This document shows positions 27,395 through 36,284 of a stretch of 64,000 nt of DNA, piece by piece (the stretch's first letter is position 1; the number at the start of each line of letters is the position of its first letter). The position numbers were made by a program, and so were the translations under genes. This stretch comes from a virus. Lineage: Duplodnaviria > Heunggongvirae > Uroviricota > Caudoviricetes. The stretch lies in the IMG/VR virus record IMGVR_UViG_3300042568_000774, one strand, 5' to 3'. Under the pieces are notes generated by a model. The model saw only the letters and a list, made by a program, of their open reading frames with translations, was not told the DNA's origin and ran no database searches.

Positions 27395-28209
27395 TTCTTT
27401 TTGTAACTTGTCATTGTTGGTTTATTTCCTGTCCCTATCTTTGGGTCTTTCTTTTCTGCTCTTCTTTTTTGTTGAGTCATTTTCTTTTTATCTTCCTTAT
27501 CGTATGATGATGCAATTTTTGGAGTTTCCTTTGAAACTTTTTTTGATGGTCTACATTTTGGATAAGCTTTCCCATCAGCATCCTTTCGTCCACAAGGTGG
27601 ATGTTTCCCTTTAACTTTTTTACTAACATCTACCCATTTCTCTTTAAACCATCTCCCTAAATCTTCATTCATTTCTTCATCAGAACAACGTTCCAAATAG
27701 TAGTTGTAAATTTCATCTTCAAAATGAGTTTCTAATGTTTCTAAAAAATCACTTTTATCCATTCCTTGAAAATCATCAACATCGTCAAAATATGTTCTGG
27801 CCTCCGAGATTACTCCACTCATAAAAGAATATTCGTCATCGTAATCACACGGATACATGGTTTCCATCAAATTATCCAAAAATATTTGAACACCTTTTAA
27901 TCTTCTTTTAATTGAAGCATTCATTTCCAATATTTTATACTGACTTTCAGTTATAATTATTTTCATATTAGTTTTGTTATTTTGTTTTTGACTCCTCAAT
28001 TGGTTTTCTATAATATCGTGTTTACGTTTTAATTTAACTCTCATTATTCCAATAACAATTTCAAATTTTTTAAATTCTTCCGACCTTGGGGTAATAGAAT
28101 ATTTTTTATTAAATTCATTAATTTCTTTAATAGTGTCGGATAATTGCTCACGACTTTCGCAAGAAATTAATTTCTTAATAAGAGATGAATATTCTAATCT
28201 TTTGTTCAT
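27391..28209 (-). CDS. N-motif family protein with the motif internal (…NNKTN-MKIIITESQYKILEMN…)
   Basis: The likely ATG is at 28209 (MNKRLEYSS), one nucleotide after the upstream stop. The MKIIITESQY motif lies about 80 aa in, using different codons from the neighbouring copies. An alternative internal start is at 27966. Confidence 0.5.
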   Translation of the reverse strand: MNKRLEYSSLIKKLISCESREQLSDTIKEINEFNKKYSITPRSEEFKKFEIVIGIMRVKLKRKHDIIENQLRSQKQNNKTNMKIIITESQYKILEMNASIKRRLKGVQIFLDNLMETMYPCDYDDEYSFMSGVISEARTYFDDVDDFQGMDKSDFLETLETHFEDEIYNYYLERCSDEEMNEDLGRWFKEKWVDVSKKVKGKHPPCGRKDADGKAYPKCRPSKKVSKETPKIASSYDKEDKKKMTQQKRRAEKKDPKIGTGNKPTMTSYKKK

Positions 28210-28210
28210 T

Positions 28211-28531
28211 TTAAAATTTTCTAAATAACTTAACCGGGTCAATCCCATAAGTTTTTTTTAACCACTTCTTAACTAATTGTTTTGCATCCCACTCATCACC
28301 GGTAAATATTTCAACATCTCTAACCATTTCCCAAGGAATTACTGCTCCTTGATTATCTTTAGTATAATGAAACACAATATCTTTTCCTGTTAAATTATGG
28401 TCAGCGTCTCTTACAAAATAAACAAGGTCCGGATGATTTTTACTCTCACCTCTTTTTAGACCACCATATTCTTTTGATAAATACTTGTCAATAAGTTCTT
28501 CTCGTTTTGATTCTGTTATTATAAACTTCAT
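28211..28531 (-). CDS. N-motif family protein, core type (MKFIITESKREELIDKYL ... KKWLKKTYGIDPVKLF)
   Basis: Has both N- and C-terminal family motifs. ATG at 28531. Confidence 0.6.
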   Translation of the reverse strand: MKFIITESKREELIDKYLSKEYGGLKRGESKNHPDLVYFVRDADHNLTGKDIVFHYTKDNQGAVIPWEMVRDVEIFTGDEWDAKQLVKKWLKKTYGIDPVKLFRKF

Positions 28532-28578
28532 TTCCATAAATATTTGAAACTATAGAAATAATTCGTTATATTTGCTTT

Positions 28579-29586
28579 ATGGAGAAAATAATCAACTTAT
28601 TAATTAACAATTGGACAAAAGGTGTGGATACTTACACCCACAATGGGTCTACTTGGTTAATATTTAGTGAATCCAAACAATGGGTGATTGAATTAACCGA
28701 AAGCAAAACCTTATGGTATAATTACAACTTCTTCAAAGAATTATTTAGTTTAACCTCAATGGATGTTGTGGATAATCAACATTACATAACCAAATGGGTG
28801 GAAGATAATTTAATAAATAAGGTTAAAGACACCATTTTGGAAAGAAACATTACAGAAGGTGAAGTTGATGACATCATCCAAGATGGAGTAAAAGAAACGT
28901 CCAGCAATGTAATGTTATTCCAATCAATGAAGGTTGAAGACACCATTCAAAATGGGGTGAAGGAAACTATTACCTCTGAAAAACGTAGTAGATTGACCGC
29001 AGAAAATATTATTGAGAATGGTGTGAGACACACAGAGATTGGTTGGCACCAATGCAACAATATTGATGATGCAATTGAAAAGGGTGTGAAGGAAACTATG
29101 TTTAATCAAGGACATAAACAACTCACAGTTAAAAATATAATTGAAAATGGGGTGAAGGAAACTAATAAATCATTACGAATAGATGGTTCTTTAGTTATTG
29201 AAGACACCATTCAAAATGGGGTGAAGTTGACACAATTTAATGATAACGAAAATAAAAGTTGGGTTGAGGGTGTTATTAAAAATGGTGTGAAAGAAACAAA
29301 AACACCCGGTAAAGATGGAGATATTCTGTCAACCATTGAATGGATGAAAGAAAATAAATCCAATAGTTATACCAAAATGATTGATGATGTTATTGATAAT
29401 GGTGTTAAGGAAACAAAAGTATGTCATTACACCGACCCTAAAACCAATCTTGTTCACGTTAGGTGGCCAGATGAGATTGATGATGTTATTGAGAATGGTA
29501 TAAAGGGAACCTTTGACACTGAGTTTATGCCAAAGGCAATCGTTGAAGACATTATACAAAATGGAACAAAAAACCCCTCCGTTTAA
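28579..29586 (+). CDS. repeat protein with about 10 copies of a roughly 22-25 aa repeat, D.I(Q/E)NGVKET (335 aa)
   Basis: The unit (V/I)EDTIQNGVKETxxxxxxxL recurs through the C-terminal 250 aa. The N-terminal about 70 aa are homologous to those of 42702..43430. Confidence 0.6.
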   Translation: MEKIINLLINNWTKGVDTYTHNGSTWLIFSESKQWVIELTESKTLWYNYNFFKELFSLTSMDVVDNQHYITKWVEDNLINKVKDTILERNITEGEVDDIIQDGVKETSSNVMLFQSMKVEDTIQNGVKETITSEKRSRLTAENIIENGVRHTEIGWHQCNNIDDAIEKGVKETMFNQGHKQLTVKNIIENGVKETNKSLRIDGSLVIEDTIQNGVKLTQFNDNENKSWVEGVIKNGVKETKTPGKDGDILSTIEWMKENKSNSYTKMIDDVIDNGVKETKVCHYTDPKTNLVHVRWPDEIDDVIENGIKGTFDTEFMPKAIVEDIIQNGTKNPSV

Positions 29587-29598
29587 AGAGGGGTTTTA
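29569..29598. terminator. bidirectional terminator (AAAAAACCCCTCCGTTTAAAGAGGGGTTTT)
   Basis: CCCCTC/GAGGGG stem between convergent genes. Confidence 0.75.
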
Positions 29599-29600
29599 AT

Positions 29601-30065
29601 TTATATTTCTTCTCCAAAAATATCATCAGTCCAATTCTGTGGAACAATGATAATGATATATCCTTGTTTAACTTCCAATAACGATTCCGGTATAATGTTT
29701 GAAAGGTCTTCAATAAGTTCCGGTGATTCTTTAAATACGATTCTTAATTTACCATCAGGTGCGGTATCCACAACCTTATGTCTATTAGATTCCATAATTT
29801 CTTTAAATGTGTCAAGACCTGTTTTTTCAAACTCTTCTTCTTCCTCATCTTCAATATCCGCATCACCACCCAAAAATCTATCAGGGATGTTGCTTTGACC
29901 ACCACTTTTTAAGTATTCAACTTCATCATCAGTCATACCTTCAATACCAACTTCATTATATAAGTCTAATATAATATCATAGTAATCATAATCAAATTGT
30001 TCATTGATAACTCTCTTAATTATTTGTCTTAAATCTGACTCCGTTAATTTTATAATCTTTTTCAT
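29601..30065 (-). CDS. N-motif family protein, LTE variant (MKKIIKLTESDLRQIIKRVINEQ), acidic
   Basis: Conserved N-motif, D/E-rich body (run of EEEEE). Confidence 0.55.
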   Translation of the reverse strand: MKKIIKLTESDLRQIIKRVINEQFDYDYYDIILDLYNEVGIEGMTDDEVEYLKSGGQSNIPDRFLGGDADIEDEEEEEFEKTGLDTFKEIMESNRHKVVDTAPDGKLRIVFKESPELIEDLSNIIPESLLEVKQGYIIIIVPQNWTDDIFGEEI

Positions 30066-30085
30066 ATTTTTTTAATTGGCGAATA

Positions 30086-30397
30086 TTATTTCTTTTTTTT
30101 ACTTTTACATTTTGAACAGTCCGACTTGGCATTAGGAAACCATTTATTAAGTTTAGTATTGGCTTTTTCATTTTTATATAACGAAATCCAATCAGGTATT
30201 TTTTTACCTGTTTGTGTTTTTGTTTCATCACTTTTAGTTTCCCAAAGGCATTCAGCACCAATTCTATATTTGTATGGGTCACCAGGAAATGGGCTTTTGT
30301 ATTCTTTCCAACAAGAAGTATCAACTGAATCTTCTTTTAAAATTTTTTTAATTAAATTTGTTAACTCACGTTCGGTTAATCTTAATGTCTTTCTCAT
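30086..30397 (-). CDS. N-motif family protein, LTE variant (MRKTLRLTERELTNLIKKILKED), Cys- and Lys-rich
   Basis: Conserved N-motif. An ATATTTATTGAT box lies upstream of the ATG. Confidence 0.55.
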   Translation of the reverse strand: MRKTLRLTERELTNLIKKILKEDSVDTSCWKEYKSPFPGDPYKYRIGAECLWETKSDETKTQTGKKIPDWISLYKNEKANTKLNKWFPNAKSDCSKCKSKKKK

Positions 30398-30412
30398 ATC
30401 AATAAATATACG

Positions 30413-30447
30413 GAAAAATAAAAACCCACCGGTTATGGTGGGATTTA
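30413..30447. terminator. hairpin terminator AAAAACCCACCGGTTATGGTGGGATTT
   Basis: The 18-bp palindromic core CCCACCGGTTATGGTGGG is identical to the copies at 30993-31027 and 32290-32319. Confidence 0.75.
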
Positions 30448-30450
30448 ATA

Positions 30451-30954
30451 TTAACCTCTTCTTCCTGATGATGTTCCTCGTCCACCACTTTGTGGTCTAA
30501 CCGAAGGTGTTTCAGGTCTATATTCTCGTTGAGGTCTAACTGACGGAGTTTCAGTTCTTCCACCTTGTTGAGGTCTAACTGAAGGTGTTTCATCTCTACG
30601 ATACTCTCTACCTCGATAACCATTATTTCTTGCAACTCTATATCCATTATTATAATACACCGGATATGAATAATAATAATTATGAATTCGTGGTCTCCAA
30701 TATGGGTCATCAAAATAAACCCACCAATTATATCCATAATACCAATTATTTCCCCAATAAAATCTCCAATTATTATAATAATACGGGTCTAATTGGTTTG
30801 AAAAGGTAGATAATGGAACTTGAACTTGTTGTCCCAATTCATTAACGGCCAAGATATGTGTTATTCTTGGTTGAGATGAAACATTTTGATAATTACCACA
30901 AGATGATAAACCTAATGTAAAAACCAAAAGCAATAATAACATAATTTTTTTCAT
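30451..30954 (-). CDS. Tyr/Trp/Asn-rich lipoprotein with C-terminal tandem repeats (R.ETPSVRPQ..GGR x3-4)
   Basis: The ATG at 30954 gives MKKIMLLLLLVFTLGLSSC (lipobox). A tandem nucleotide repeat of about 42 bp at 30460-30600 encodes ETPSVRPQ repeats. Aromatic-rich YYNNWRFYWGNNWYYGYNWW. Confidence 0.55.
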   Translation of the reverse strand: MKKIMLLLLLVFTLGLSSCGNYQNVSSQPRITHILAVNELGQQVQVPLSTFSNQLDPYYYNNWRFYWGNNWYYGYNWWVYFDDPYWRPRIHNYYYSYPVYYNNGYRVARNNGYRGREYRRDETPSVRPQQGGRTETPSVRPQREYRPETPSVRPQSGGRGTSSGRRG

Positions 30955-30992
30955 AACATCTTTTTTATTATAAATATCAATAATCATTCCAA

Positions 30993-31027
30993 ACAAAAAA
31001 CCCACCGGTTATGGTGGGTTATTATTT
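30993..31027. terminator. hairpin terminator AAAAAACCCACCGGTTATGGTGGGTTATTATTT
   Basis: Same palindrome as at 30413. Flanks the lipoprotein gene on the other side. Confidence 0.75.
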
Positions 31028-31817
31028 AGTTATTAACTGTTGGAGAAGAAGAAGGTGGTGGACCTACTTTTTTTCGTTCTAAAATTTCCATACAAGTTAG
31101 AGTACAACATCCTATTTTACCATCAATGTCTTTTGATGTACAAACTCCGGTAGTACCATCAGAATATTGTTTAAACCAAAGTTTTTTATTTCGTGAACAG
31201 AATTGTTGGAGTTGTTTTATTCGGTTAGGACTCACATCCGCAAATGAATTAGGTTTTAGTAGTTTAGCTTTACAAAACTTTTTTGGTTTAGGTGTTGGAG
31301 TAGGTTTTGTTTGGTTATTACCAGTACCTCCGGTAATTTTTACCGGTGAATTTTGTTTTTTACATTCAACACCATTTGCGGTAATTTTAATTTGAGTATT
31401 TAAAATAAAACGATTATTATAATCATAATTAGTTATCTCATAACATTTACCTGCTTTAGAATCTGATTGAATTTTAAACAAAAATGAACCCGGCTCTTTA
31501 AATTTCTCACCATTGAAGATGATAACAATTTTTCCTTTACCAAAAGGGTCATTTCTCAATTGATTTAATAATCCTGTTGAAATTTTTTCATCAGATGGGT
31601 TACTCAAAAACTTTTCAATTCCCGGACTTTGTTCCCCTTTGTCATATCTATGAGTATTTTGGTCATCAGATTGTTCGCTAACCAATGGTTTTGCATCCCC
31701 AAGTGTGGCTTTAATTAATTTTGAGAAATTTTCGTTTACAACTTTCATTCCCCCTTTGTGCTGTTCAAGAATTGCTTGTTTTTCCTGTTCAGTCAAATTA
31801 TTTAATATATGTTTCAT
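31026..31817 (-). CDS. hypothetical Cys-containing protein (263 aa)
   Basis: ORF. A Pro/Thr/Lys-rich linker (TKPTPTPKPKK) separates two Cys-containing halves. Confidence 0.5.
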   Translation of the reverse strand: MKHILNNLTEQEKQAILEQHKGGMKVVNENFSKLIKATLGDAKPLVSEQSDDQNTHRYDKGEQSPGIEKFLSNPSDEKISTGLLNQLRNDPFGKGKIVIIFNGEKFKEPGSFLFKIQSDSKAGKCYEITNYDYNNRFILNTQIKITANGVECKKQNSPVKITGGTGNNQTKPTPTPKPKKFCKAKLLKPNSFADVSPNRIKQLQQFCSRNKKLWFKQYSDGTTGVCTSKDIDGKIGCCTLTCMEILERKKVGPPPSSSPTVNN

Positions 31818-31872
31818 AATATCTTTTTAATATAAATATATCACACTTCCAAAAAAAGGGACGGAAAGACAT

Positions 31873-31902
31873 AAAAAAACCCACCAATTAAGGTGGGTTT
31901 TC
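31873..31902. terminator. hairpin terminator AAAAAAACCCACCAATTAAGGTGGGTTTTC
   Basis: A variant of the CCCACC...GGTGGG palindrome family. Confidence 0.7.
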
Positions 31903-31915
31903 AATAGTATATTAA

Positions 31916-32254
31916 TTATTCGATTTCAGACAAAAAATCCATAATATCCGATGTTATATCCAATTGTCTATAATCAGATTGACTGCTCTCATCATCGTTA
32001 TTAGCATAATTAATCATTTCGGCAACAGATGAAAGTAATTCTGCGGTCTTTTCTCTCCCAATAATTGAAACTGATGTCATAACAAATTTTCCTAATTGTG
32101 AGGACATTTTATCAAAATACCCAAAATTTTTTCCACGATTATCCTCATAATTGAAGTATTCTTTTAATTTTTTAGGATTTGATTTTCCTTCTATTATCAC
32201 TTTTTTAACCAAACGATTTAAGTCGTTTTCAGTTAATCTTACAACTTTTTTCAT
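31916..32254 (-). CDS. N-motif family protein, LTE variant (MKKVVRLTENDLNRLVKKVIIEG)
   Basis: Conserved N-motif. A TATATTTATATATAAA box lies about 20 nt upstream of the ATG. Confidence 0.55.
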   Translation of the reverse strand: MKKVVRLTENDLNRLVKKVIIEGKSNPKKLKEYFNYEDNRGKNFGYFDKMSSQLGKFVMTSVSIIGREKTAELLSSVAEMINYANNDDESSQSDYRQLDITSDIMDFLSEIE

Positions 32255-32289
32255 ATTTTTTTTTGTGTTTTATATATAAATATATCCAA

Positions 32290-32319
32290 AAATAAAAAAC
32301 CACCGGTTATGGTGGATTA
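32290..32319. terminator. hairpin terminator AAAAAACCACCGGTTATGGTGGATTAATT
   Basis: Third copy of the CCACCGGTTATGGTGG palindrome. Confidence 0.7.
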
Positions 32320-32320
32320 A

Positions 32321-32638
32321 TTAGGCACATTGTTTATCGTAAATTTCTTGGAGGTAGTCGGCAAAATTATCTACCATAAAATAATATAAATCGTCTTTAG
32401 TTTTAGAATCAATCTTTCCACCATTTTCATAATAGTAATCGTCAATCAAATCCAATACTAACATATCACACATCTCACCAATAAAATCTCCTAATGTACT
32501 ATAATCACAAGGATTATAATTCTCCATAATAAAATCTAAATGACCTTTAAGCTCATCGTAGTTAAATCTTCTACGAAGTGCCGCTGGAATATTCTCCATC
32601 AACATTTTATTCTGTCTTTCTGTGATTATTATTCTCAT
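32321..32638 (-). CDS. N-motif family protein (MRIIITERQNKMLMENI...), acidic/aromatic
   Basis: Conserved N-motif. Stop/start TAATATG junction with the upstream gene. Confidence 0.55.
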   Translation of the reverse strand: MRIIITERQNKMLMENIPAALRRRFNYDELKGHLDFIMENYNPCDYSTLGDFIGEMCDMLVLDLIDDYYYENGGKIDSKTKDDLYYFMVDNFADYLQEIYDKQCA

Positions 32639-32639
32639 A

Positions 32640-33686
32640 TTAATCTACATTAATTATTTTAGTAGGAAATTCTGTAAATACGGCGGTATTAAAATTATGG
32701 GTATAATTGTTATTATCAAATATTAAAATTTTATTAGGGTTAACAAATAAAATTTTATCAACCAATGATTTGTTCTTATAATCTCTCATACCATAAGTTT
32801 TAATAAAATAAGGACCTTCTTTTTTACCAGCATATGAAATTAATGGTTTTATTTGATAGTTGATACCATCAATTGTTACGTCAACACCTTCATATCTATC
32901 CATTTTAGAACCAGAAGGATAAAAAGTAACATCATCACCATTAAGTAATTCTTTAGCCAATTCCTCACTTTTATAACCATTTTCAATTGATTGCCATTGA
33001 CGTTCAACCAAAGGTTCAATAAAGTCAGAATTTTCTCTAAATTCATTAGCCAACCAATTAACAATATCCAAATCACTATCTGATTTAGAATATCTTTGGT
33101 TTATCATGTTTTGGATTTCTGTTTTTGTGTCAAAATAATTTAGGATAGACCAATCATCATCATTACCCAATTTTTCACCAATGGTATAAATACCTCTGAC
33201 ACCAGCAGAAAATATTTTATCTTCGTTATTCCATTTACCCGGACCATTATTATCCGGTGAAAATGCCAATTCCAAAGCCTTACGGATTTGGTAAGGTTTT
33301 ATTTCCTGTTTAATGTTGGTTTTAGATGAGTCAATTAATCCATGAAAAAGGTCAAGTTGTTTAGAAGTTAATTTATTACTAAAAATAAAAGGGGAATTAG
33401 TTTTACTTACGTGAACATCATTCCTATCAAATTCAAAGATACCGTTAGGCCCATCAAACCATACCTTATCACTTTGATTTGGTTTTTTATATTCGGTTTG
33501 TCCAAATTGGGTACCATTAAAAAATACTCTGAAATTTTCAGTACTAAATTTATCATTAGGGATAACCTCAATTGATTTATAATCATAAGTTGGATTCTCT
33601 TCCGAATAATCGAAAGAACGGGTAACTTCATTAATTAACTTATTATGATATAAATTAATTTGATATTCGGTAACTTTAATTTTCAT
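32640..33686 (-). CDS. N-motif family protein, long (MKIKVTEYQINLYHNKLINE..., about 348 aa)
   Basis: ATG at 33686. The preceding 16 codons in the ORF track are upstream sequence. An ATATTTATT box lies upstream. Confidence 0.5.
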   Translation of the reverse strand: MKIKVTEYQINLYHNKLINEVTRSFDYSEENPTYDYKSIEVIPNDKFSTENFRVFFNGTQFGQTEYKKPNQSDKVWFDGPNGIFEFDRNDVHVSKTNSPFIFSNKLTSKQLDLFHGLIDSSKTNIKQEIKPYQIRKALELAFSPDNNGPGKWNNEDKIFSAGVRGIYTIGEKLGNDDDWSILNYFDTKTEIQNMINQRYSKSDSDLDIVNWLANEFRENSDFIEPLVERQWQSIENGYKSEELAKELLNGDDVTFYPSGSKMDRYEGVDVTIDGINYQIKPLISYAGKKEGPYFIKTYGMRDYKNKSLVDKILFVNPNKILIFDNNNYTHNFNTAVFTEFPTKIINVD

Positions 33687-33687
33687 A

Positions 33688-34002
33688 TTAGTAGTTTTTA
33701 GGAATAAATATTGAGTAAGAAGCTTTAGGTTCATCTAATTTATAGGCAACATATTCTTTACAGATGTCCGCCAAATCAGCTATAAAAATGCCAAACATAT
33801 TTTTAGCGGTATTTAAATCCCCATAATCAAATCTTATTTCATCTTTTTCCGTATTATATTCAAAAGCGATACGACCATCATCATTCTTATATTCAAATAA
33901 AACGTGGGGTGATGTCATATTCACCGGTCGTCTTCCGTGTTTCTTATAACCCTTATAGGTCATATCAAAATATTTAAAGATAAGTCGTTTCTTTCTATCC
34001 AT
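33688..34002 (-). CDS. hypothetical protein (104 aa)
   Basis: ORF immediately upstream of the 32640 gene (2-nt spacing). Confidence 0.45.
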   Translation of the reverse strand: MDRKKRLIFKYFDMTYKGYKKHGRRPVNMTSPHVLFEYKNDDGRIAFEYNTEKDEIRFDYGDLNTAKNMFGIFIADLADICKEYVAYKLDEPKASYSIFIPKNY

Positions 34003-34073
34003 ATAGATAAATATCTAACATTATTAATTTGACCATAACAAAAATAACTCGTATTATTAAATAAAAAAATATT

Positions 34074-34436
34074 ATGGAAAAAATTTATGTAAGAAAATGT
34101 GAGAGATATACCGTATGGGAGGCCTCACAACCAATCGAAGTTAACATCGAAAAACTTAAACAATGTGAACCACCATTCGAGGGGGAAACAGAACAAGACC
34201 TTTTAGAATATTTAAGAGATAATGTTTACAGAAATTATGATTGGGCATCTGACAATGAAGATGTTTATGGTGAAGAAGCTTACGATTTAACATTTGATGA
34301 ATGTTATGATATGGAAGTTTATGATGACACAAGAAACAAATACTCACAAGAATGGATGGATGTGGGATTACCGGATGCTGAATATAGAAGAGTAGGTGGA
34401 TTCAATATCGTTGCAACAAATGTAGATGAATCATAA
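34074..34436 (+). CDS. acidic hypothetical protein (120 aa)
   Basis: D/E/Y/W-rich. Terminator at 34434-34468. Confidence 0.5.
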   Translation: MEKIYVRKCERYTVWEASQPIEVNIEKLKQCEPPFEGETEQDLLEYLRDNVYRNYDWASDNEDVYGEEAYDLTFDECYDMEVYDDTRNKYSQEWMDVGLPDAEYRRVGGFNIVATNVDES

Positions 34437-34468
34437 AAAAAAACCCACTATAAAAGGTGGGGTTAATT
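34434..34468. terminator. bidirectional terminator AAAAAAAAACCCACTATAAAAGGTGGGGTT
   Basis: CCCAC/GTGGG stem. Confidence 0.7.
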
Positions 34469-34478
34469 TTTGTGATAA

Positions 34479-34766
34479 TTATCTGTTTGGTATAAAACAA
34501 AATGGTCTACCATCTTTGTGTACGGTATAACCTTGATATTCCGGTGACACTGTCCCATTATATGTAATTTTATCAATAGGTCCACGTAACATTGAACCCC
34601 CACCTGTAAGCGGGTTACGTGGTCCATCACCTGGACGCGGATAATCACCACCTTCAGATTTCATAACACTGCTACATATTGGTAGTCCCATCGATTCTTC
34701 TTCTTTAATCACTCTTCGAACAACTTTTGCCAAATCGGATTCAGATAATCTTAAAACTCTTTTCAT
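34479..34766 (-). CDS. N-motif family protein, LTE variant (MKRVLRLSESDLAKVVRRVIKEE), Gly/Pro-rich body
   Basis: Conserved N-motif. An ATATATTTATATATAAAT box lies about 30 nt upstream. Confidence 0.55.
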   Translation of the reverse strand: MKRVLRLSESDLAKVVRRVIKEEESMGLPICSSVMKSEGGDYPRPGDGPRNPLTGGGSMLRGPIDKITYNGTVSPEYQGYTVHKDGRPFCFIPNR

Positions 34767-34809
34767 TTTTATTTTTATTAAACGTTTAATTTATATATAA
34801 ATATATGGA

Positions 34810-35238
34810 TTAACCAATATTGTTTGCGGTTGTCCCATATTTTTGATTAAAAATATTTAAAAATGATTTACCCCAAACATCCATGCCACCAAACATATCA
34901 ACAAGTTCGTCAATAAGTTCTTCTCCCAACCATAGGGTATCAAATCGAGATTCGGTGATATCCGGCAAATCATAACAAGGTTCAGGTAATTCGCCCATAA
35001 GCTCTTCAGGGTAATCCCCATTATCATTATAGTTCTCACCATCAACCAACTTAAATAAATAATCATCGTGTTCTCTATCGGGAAGAACAAAACCAATCGC
35101 ATAAATGTCGCAACATACTCCCCACCCACAATTAAAGTCAGCCCAATTATAATCCATGTCATCAAACCCATCCAAAGTTTGATTCAGATATTTTAAAATA
35201 ACATTTGTTAATTTAGATTCGTCAATAATATATTCCAT
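34810..35238 (-). CDS. N-motif family protein (MEYIIDESKLTNVILKYLN...), strongly acidic (D/E/Y/W/C-rich)
   Basis: N-motif variant. Very acidic body, DNA-mimic-like composition. The 50-bp GC-rich repeat (copy 1) lies 13 nt upstream. Confidence 0.55.
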   Translation of the reverse strand: MEYIIDESKLTNVILKYLNQTLDGFDDMDYNWADFNCGWGVCCDIYAIGFVLPDREHDDYLFKLVDGENYNDNGDYPEELMGELPEPCYDLPDITESRFDTLWLGEELIDELVDMFGGMDVWGKSFLNIFNQKYGTTANNIG

Positions 35239-35250
35239 GATAATAAATAT

Positions 35251-35320
35251 CCCCCGACACCAAAAAAAGGGGCGGGGGATTTGAAATCGACCGGAGGGAG
35301 TTCGGGGTGGGATTAGTCCT
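35251..35320. repeat. GC-rich intergenic repeat, copy 1 (…CCAAAAAAAGGGGCGGGGGATTTGAAATCGACCGGAGGGAGTTCGG…)
   Basis: About 85% identical to copies at 36626-36680 and 37798-37850. Stands out sharply from the AT-rich background. Confidence 0.7.
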
Positions 35321-35849
35321 TACCAAATAACTCCAAGAACTTCTCACGATTGCTCTTTTCGGGGGGAAAGATAAATGACTGAACGTGAAAGGTTACATAA
35401 TCAATATCACTATAAGTCATCTTAAAATAATCATTAAATAATTTCCCATATTCATTCTTACTTTTCTTCATCCCGTTTGTCTCATCAAAATAGATATCCA
35501 CTCCAACCAAATACTTATATATCGGATTGAAAGTATTTACGTCATATACACTATTCTCTCTATAACCAATAGATACAACATCTTTAATTTCAGGACATAA
35601 CTTTAAGATAACATCCTTAAATGTTTCGGGAATTGAAATCTCCTTATTGTAAGGAGATTCAAAATTATTTGGGTCAACAGCATTACCACTTGTACCATAG
35701 TGACCAATCTCGGCCAACCTATCACCTATGGGTGTAATCGTTGCCCTTTGACCATAAATTGCGTAAGTTAAATCATCTTCATTCTCCATACTATCTCTAT
35801 ATTTGAATTGGTAATAATCTTTCCGGTAGATATTGTTCCGGACAAACAA
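35313..35849 (-). CDS. hypothetical protein (178 aa)
   Basis: ORF. Its 3' end overlaps repeat copy 1. Confidence 0.45.
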   Translation of the reverse strand: MFVRNNIYRKDYYQFKYRDSMENEDDLTYAIYGQRATITPIGDRLAEIGHYGTSGNAVDPNNFESPYNKEISIPETFKDVILKLCPEIKDVVSIGYRENSVYDVNTFNPIYKYLVGVDIYFDETNGMKKSKNEYGKLFNDYFKMTYSDIDYVTFHVQSFIFPPEKSNREKFLELFGKD

Positions 35850-36222
35850 TGGTTACACTACCAATGTAATATGGATACTGTAATAAATAATCCACACTCA
35901 TCTCTGATATCTCTCTATAGTTCAACACAATATACGGAGTGGTTACCTTATTATCAATTTTGATTCGAACCTTTTCAAAATCAAATTGCATAAAACGATA
36001 TTCGTCTTTAACTTTACCCATCAGTTTTACAACCGTTGAGGTTTCACTCTCAGAACTAACCGAACCGGCAATCAAAAAGAACGAACCCGAAGTATGAGTT
36101 TCCGTAACATCACGATTCACCAACTGTCGTAAATAAATTTTATCTGTGTGATAATTTTTGTACTCAACTCTTTCACAACCAATCATCAACAACACAGCAA
36201 ATAATAACAATAACTTTTTCAT
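35797..36222 (-). CDS. lipoprotein (141 aa)
   Basis: MKKLLLLFAVLLMIGC lipobox. Confidence 0.5.
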   Translation of the reverse strand: MKKLLLLFAVLLMIGCERVEYKNYHTDKIYLRQLVNRDVTETHTSGSFFLIAGSVSSESETSTVVKLMGKVKDEYRFMQFDFEKVRIKIDNKVTTPYIVLNYREISEMSVDYLLQYPYYIGSVTIVCPEQYLPERLLPIQI

Positions 36223-36250
36223 CTTAATATATTTTTAAACAAAGATATAA

Positions 36251-36284
36251 ATAAAAAACCCCACAATCAAGTGGGGGTATATTT
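36251..36284. terminator. bidirectional terminator AAAAAACCCCACAATCAAGTGGGGGTAT
   Basis: CCCCAC/GTGGGG stem. Confidence 0.7.

Noticed and set aside
27391-28248. Full 285-aa ORF-track model for 27391..28248 starting at 28248
   Set aside because: The first 13 codons overlap the upstream gene 28211..28537. An ATG at 28209, one nt after that gene's stop, is more parsimonious. The model was shortened to 27391..28209. An internal start at 27966 remains possible.
30413-32319. Repeated identical palindromes (CCCACCGGTTATGGTGGG) as a possible CRISPR array
   Set aside because: Spacing is 580-900 bp and irregular, with full-length genes in between. Each copy is a self-complementary hairpin with flanking A and T runs. 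These are terminators or REP-like elements, not CRISPR repeats.
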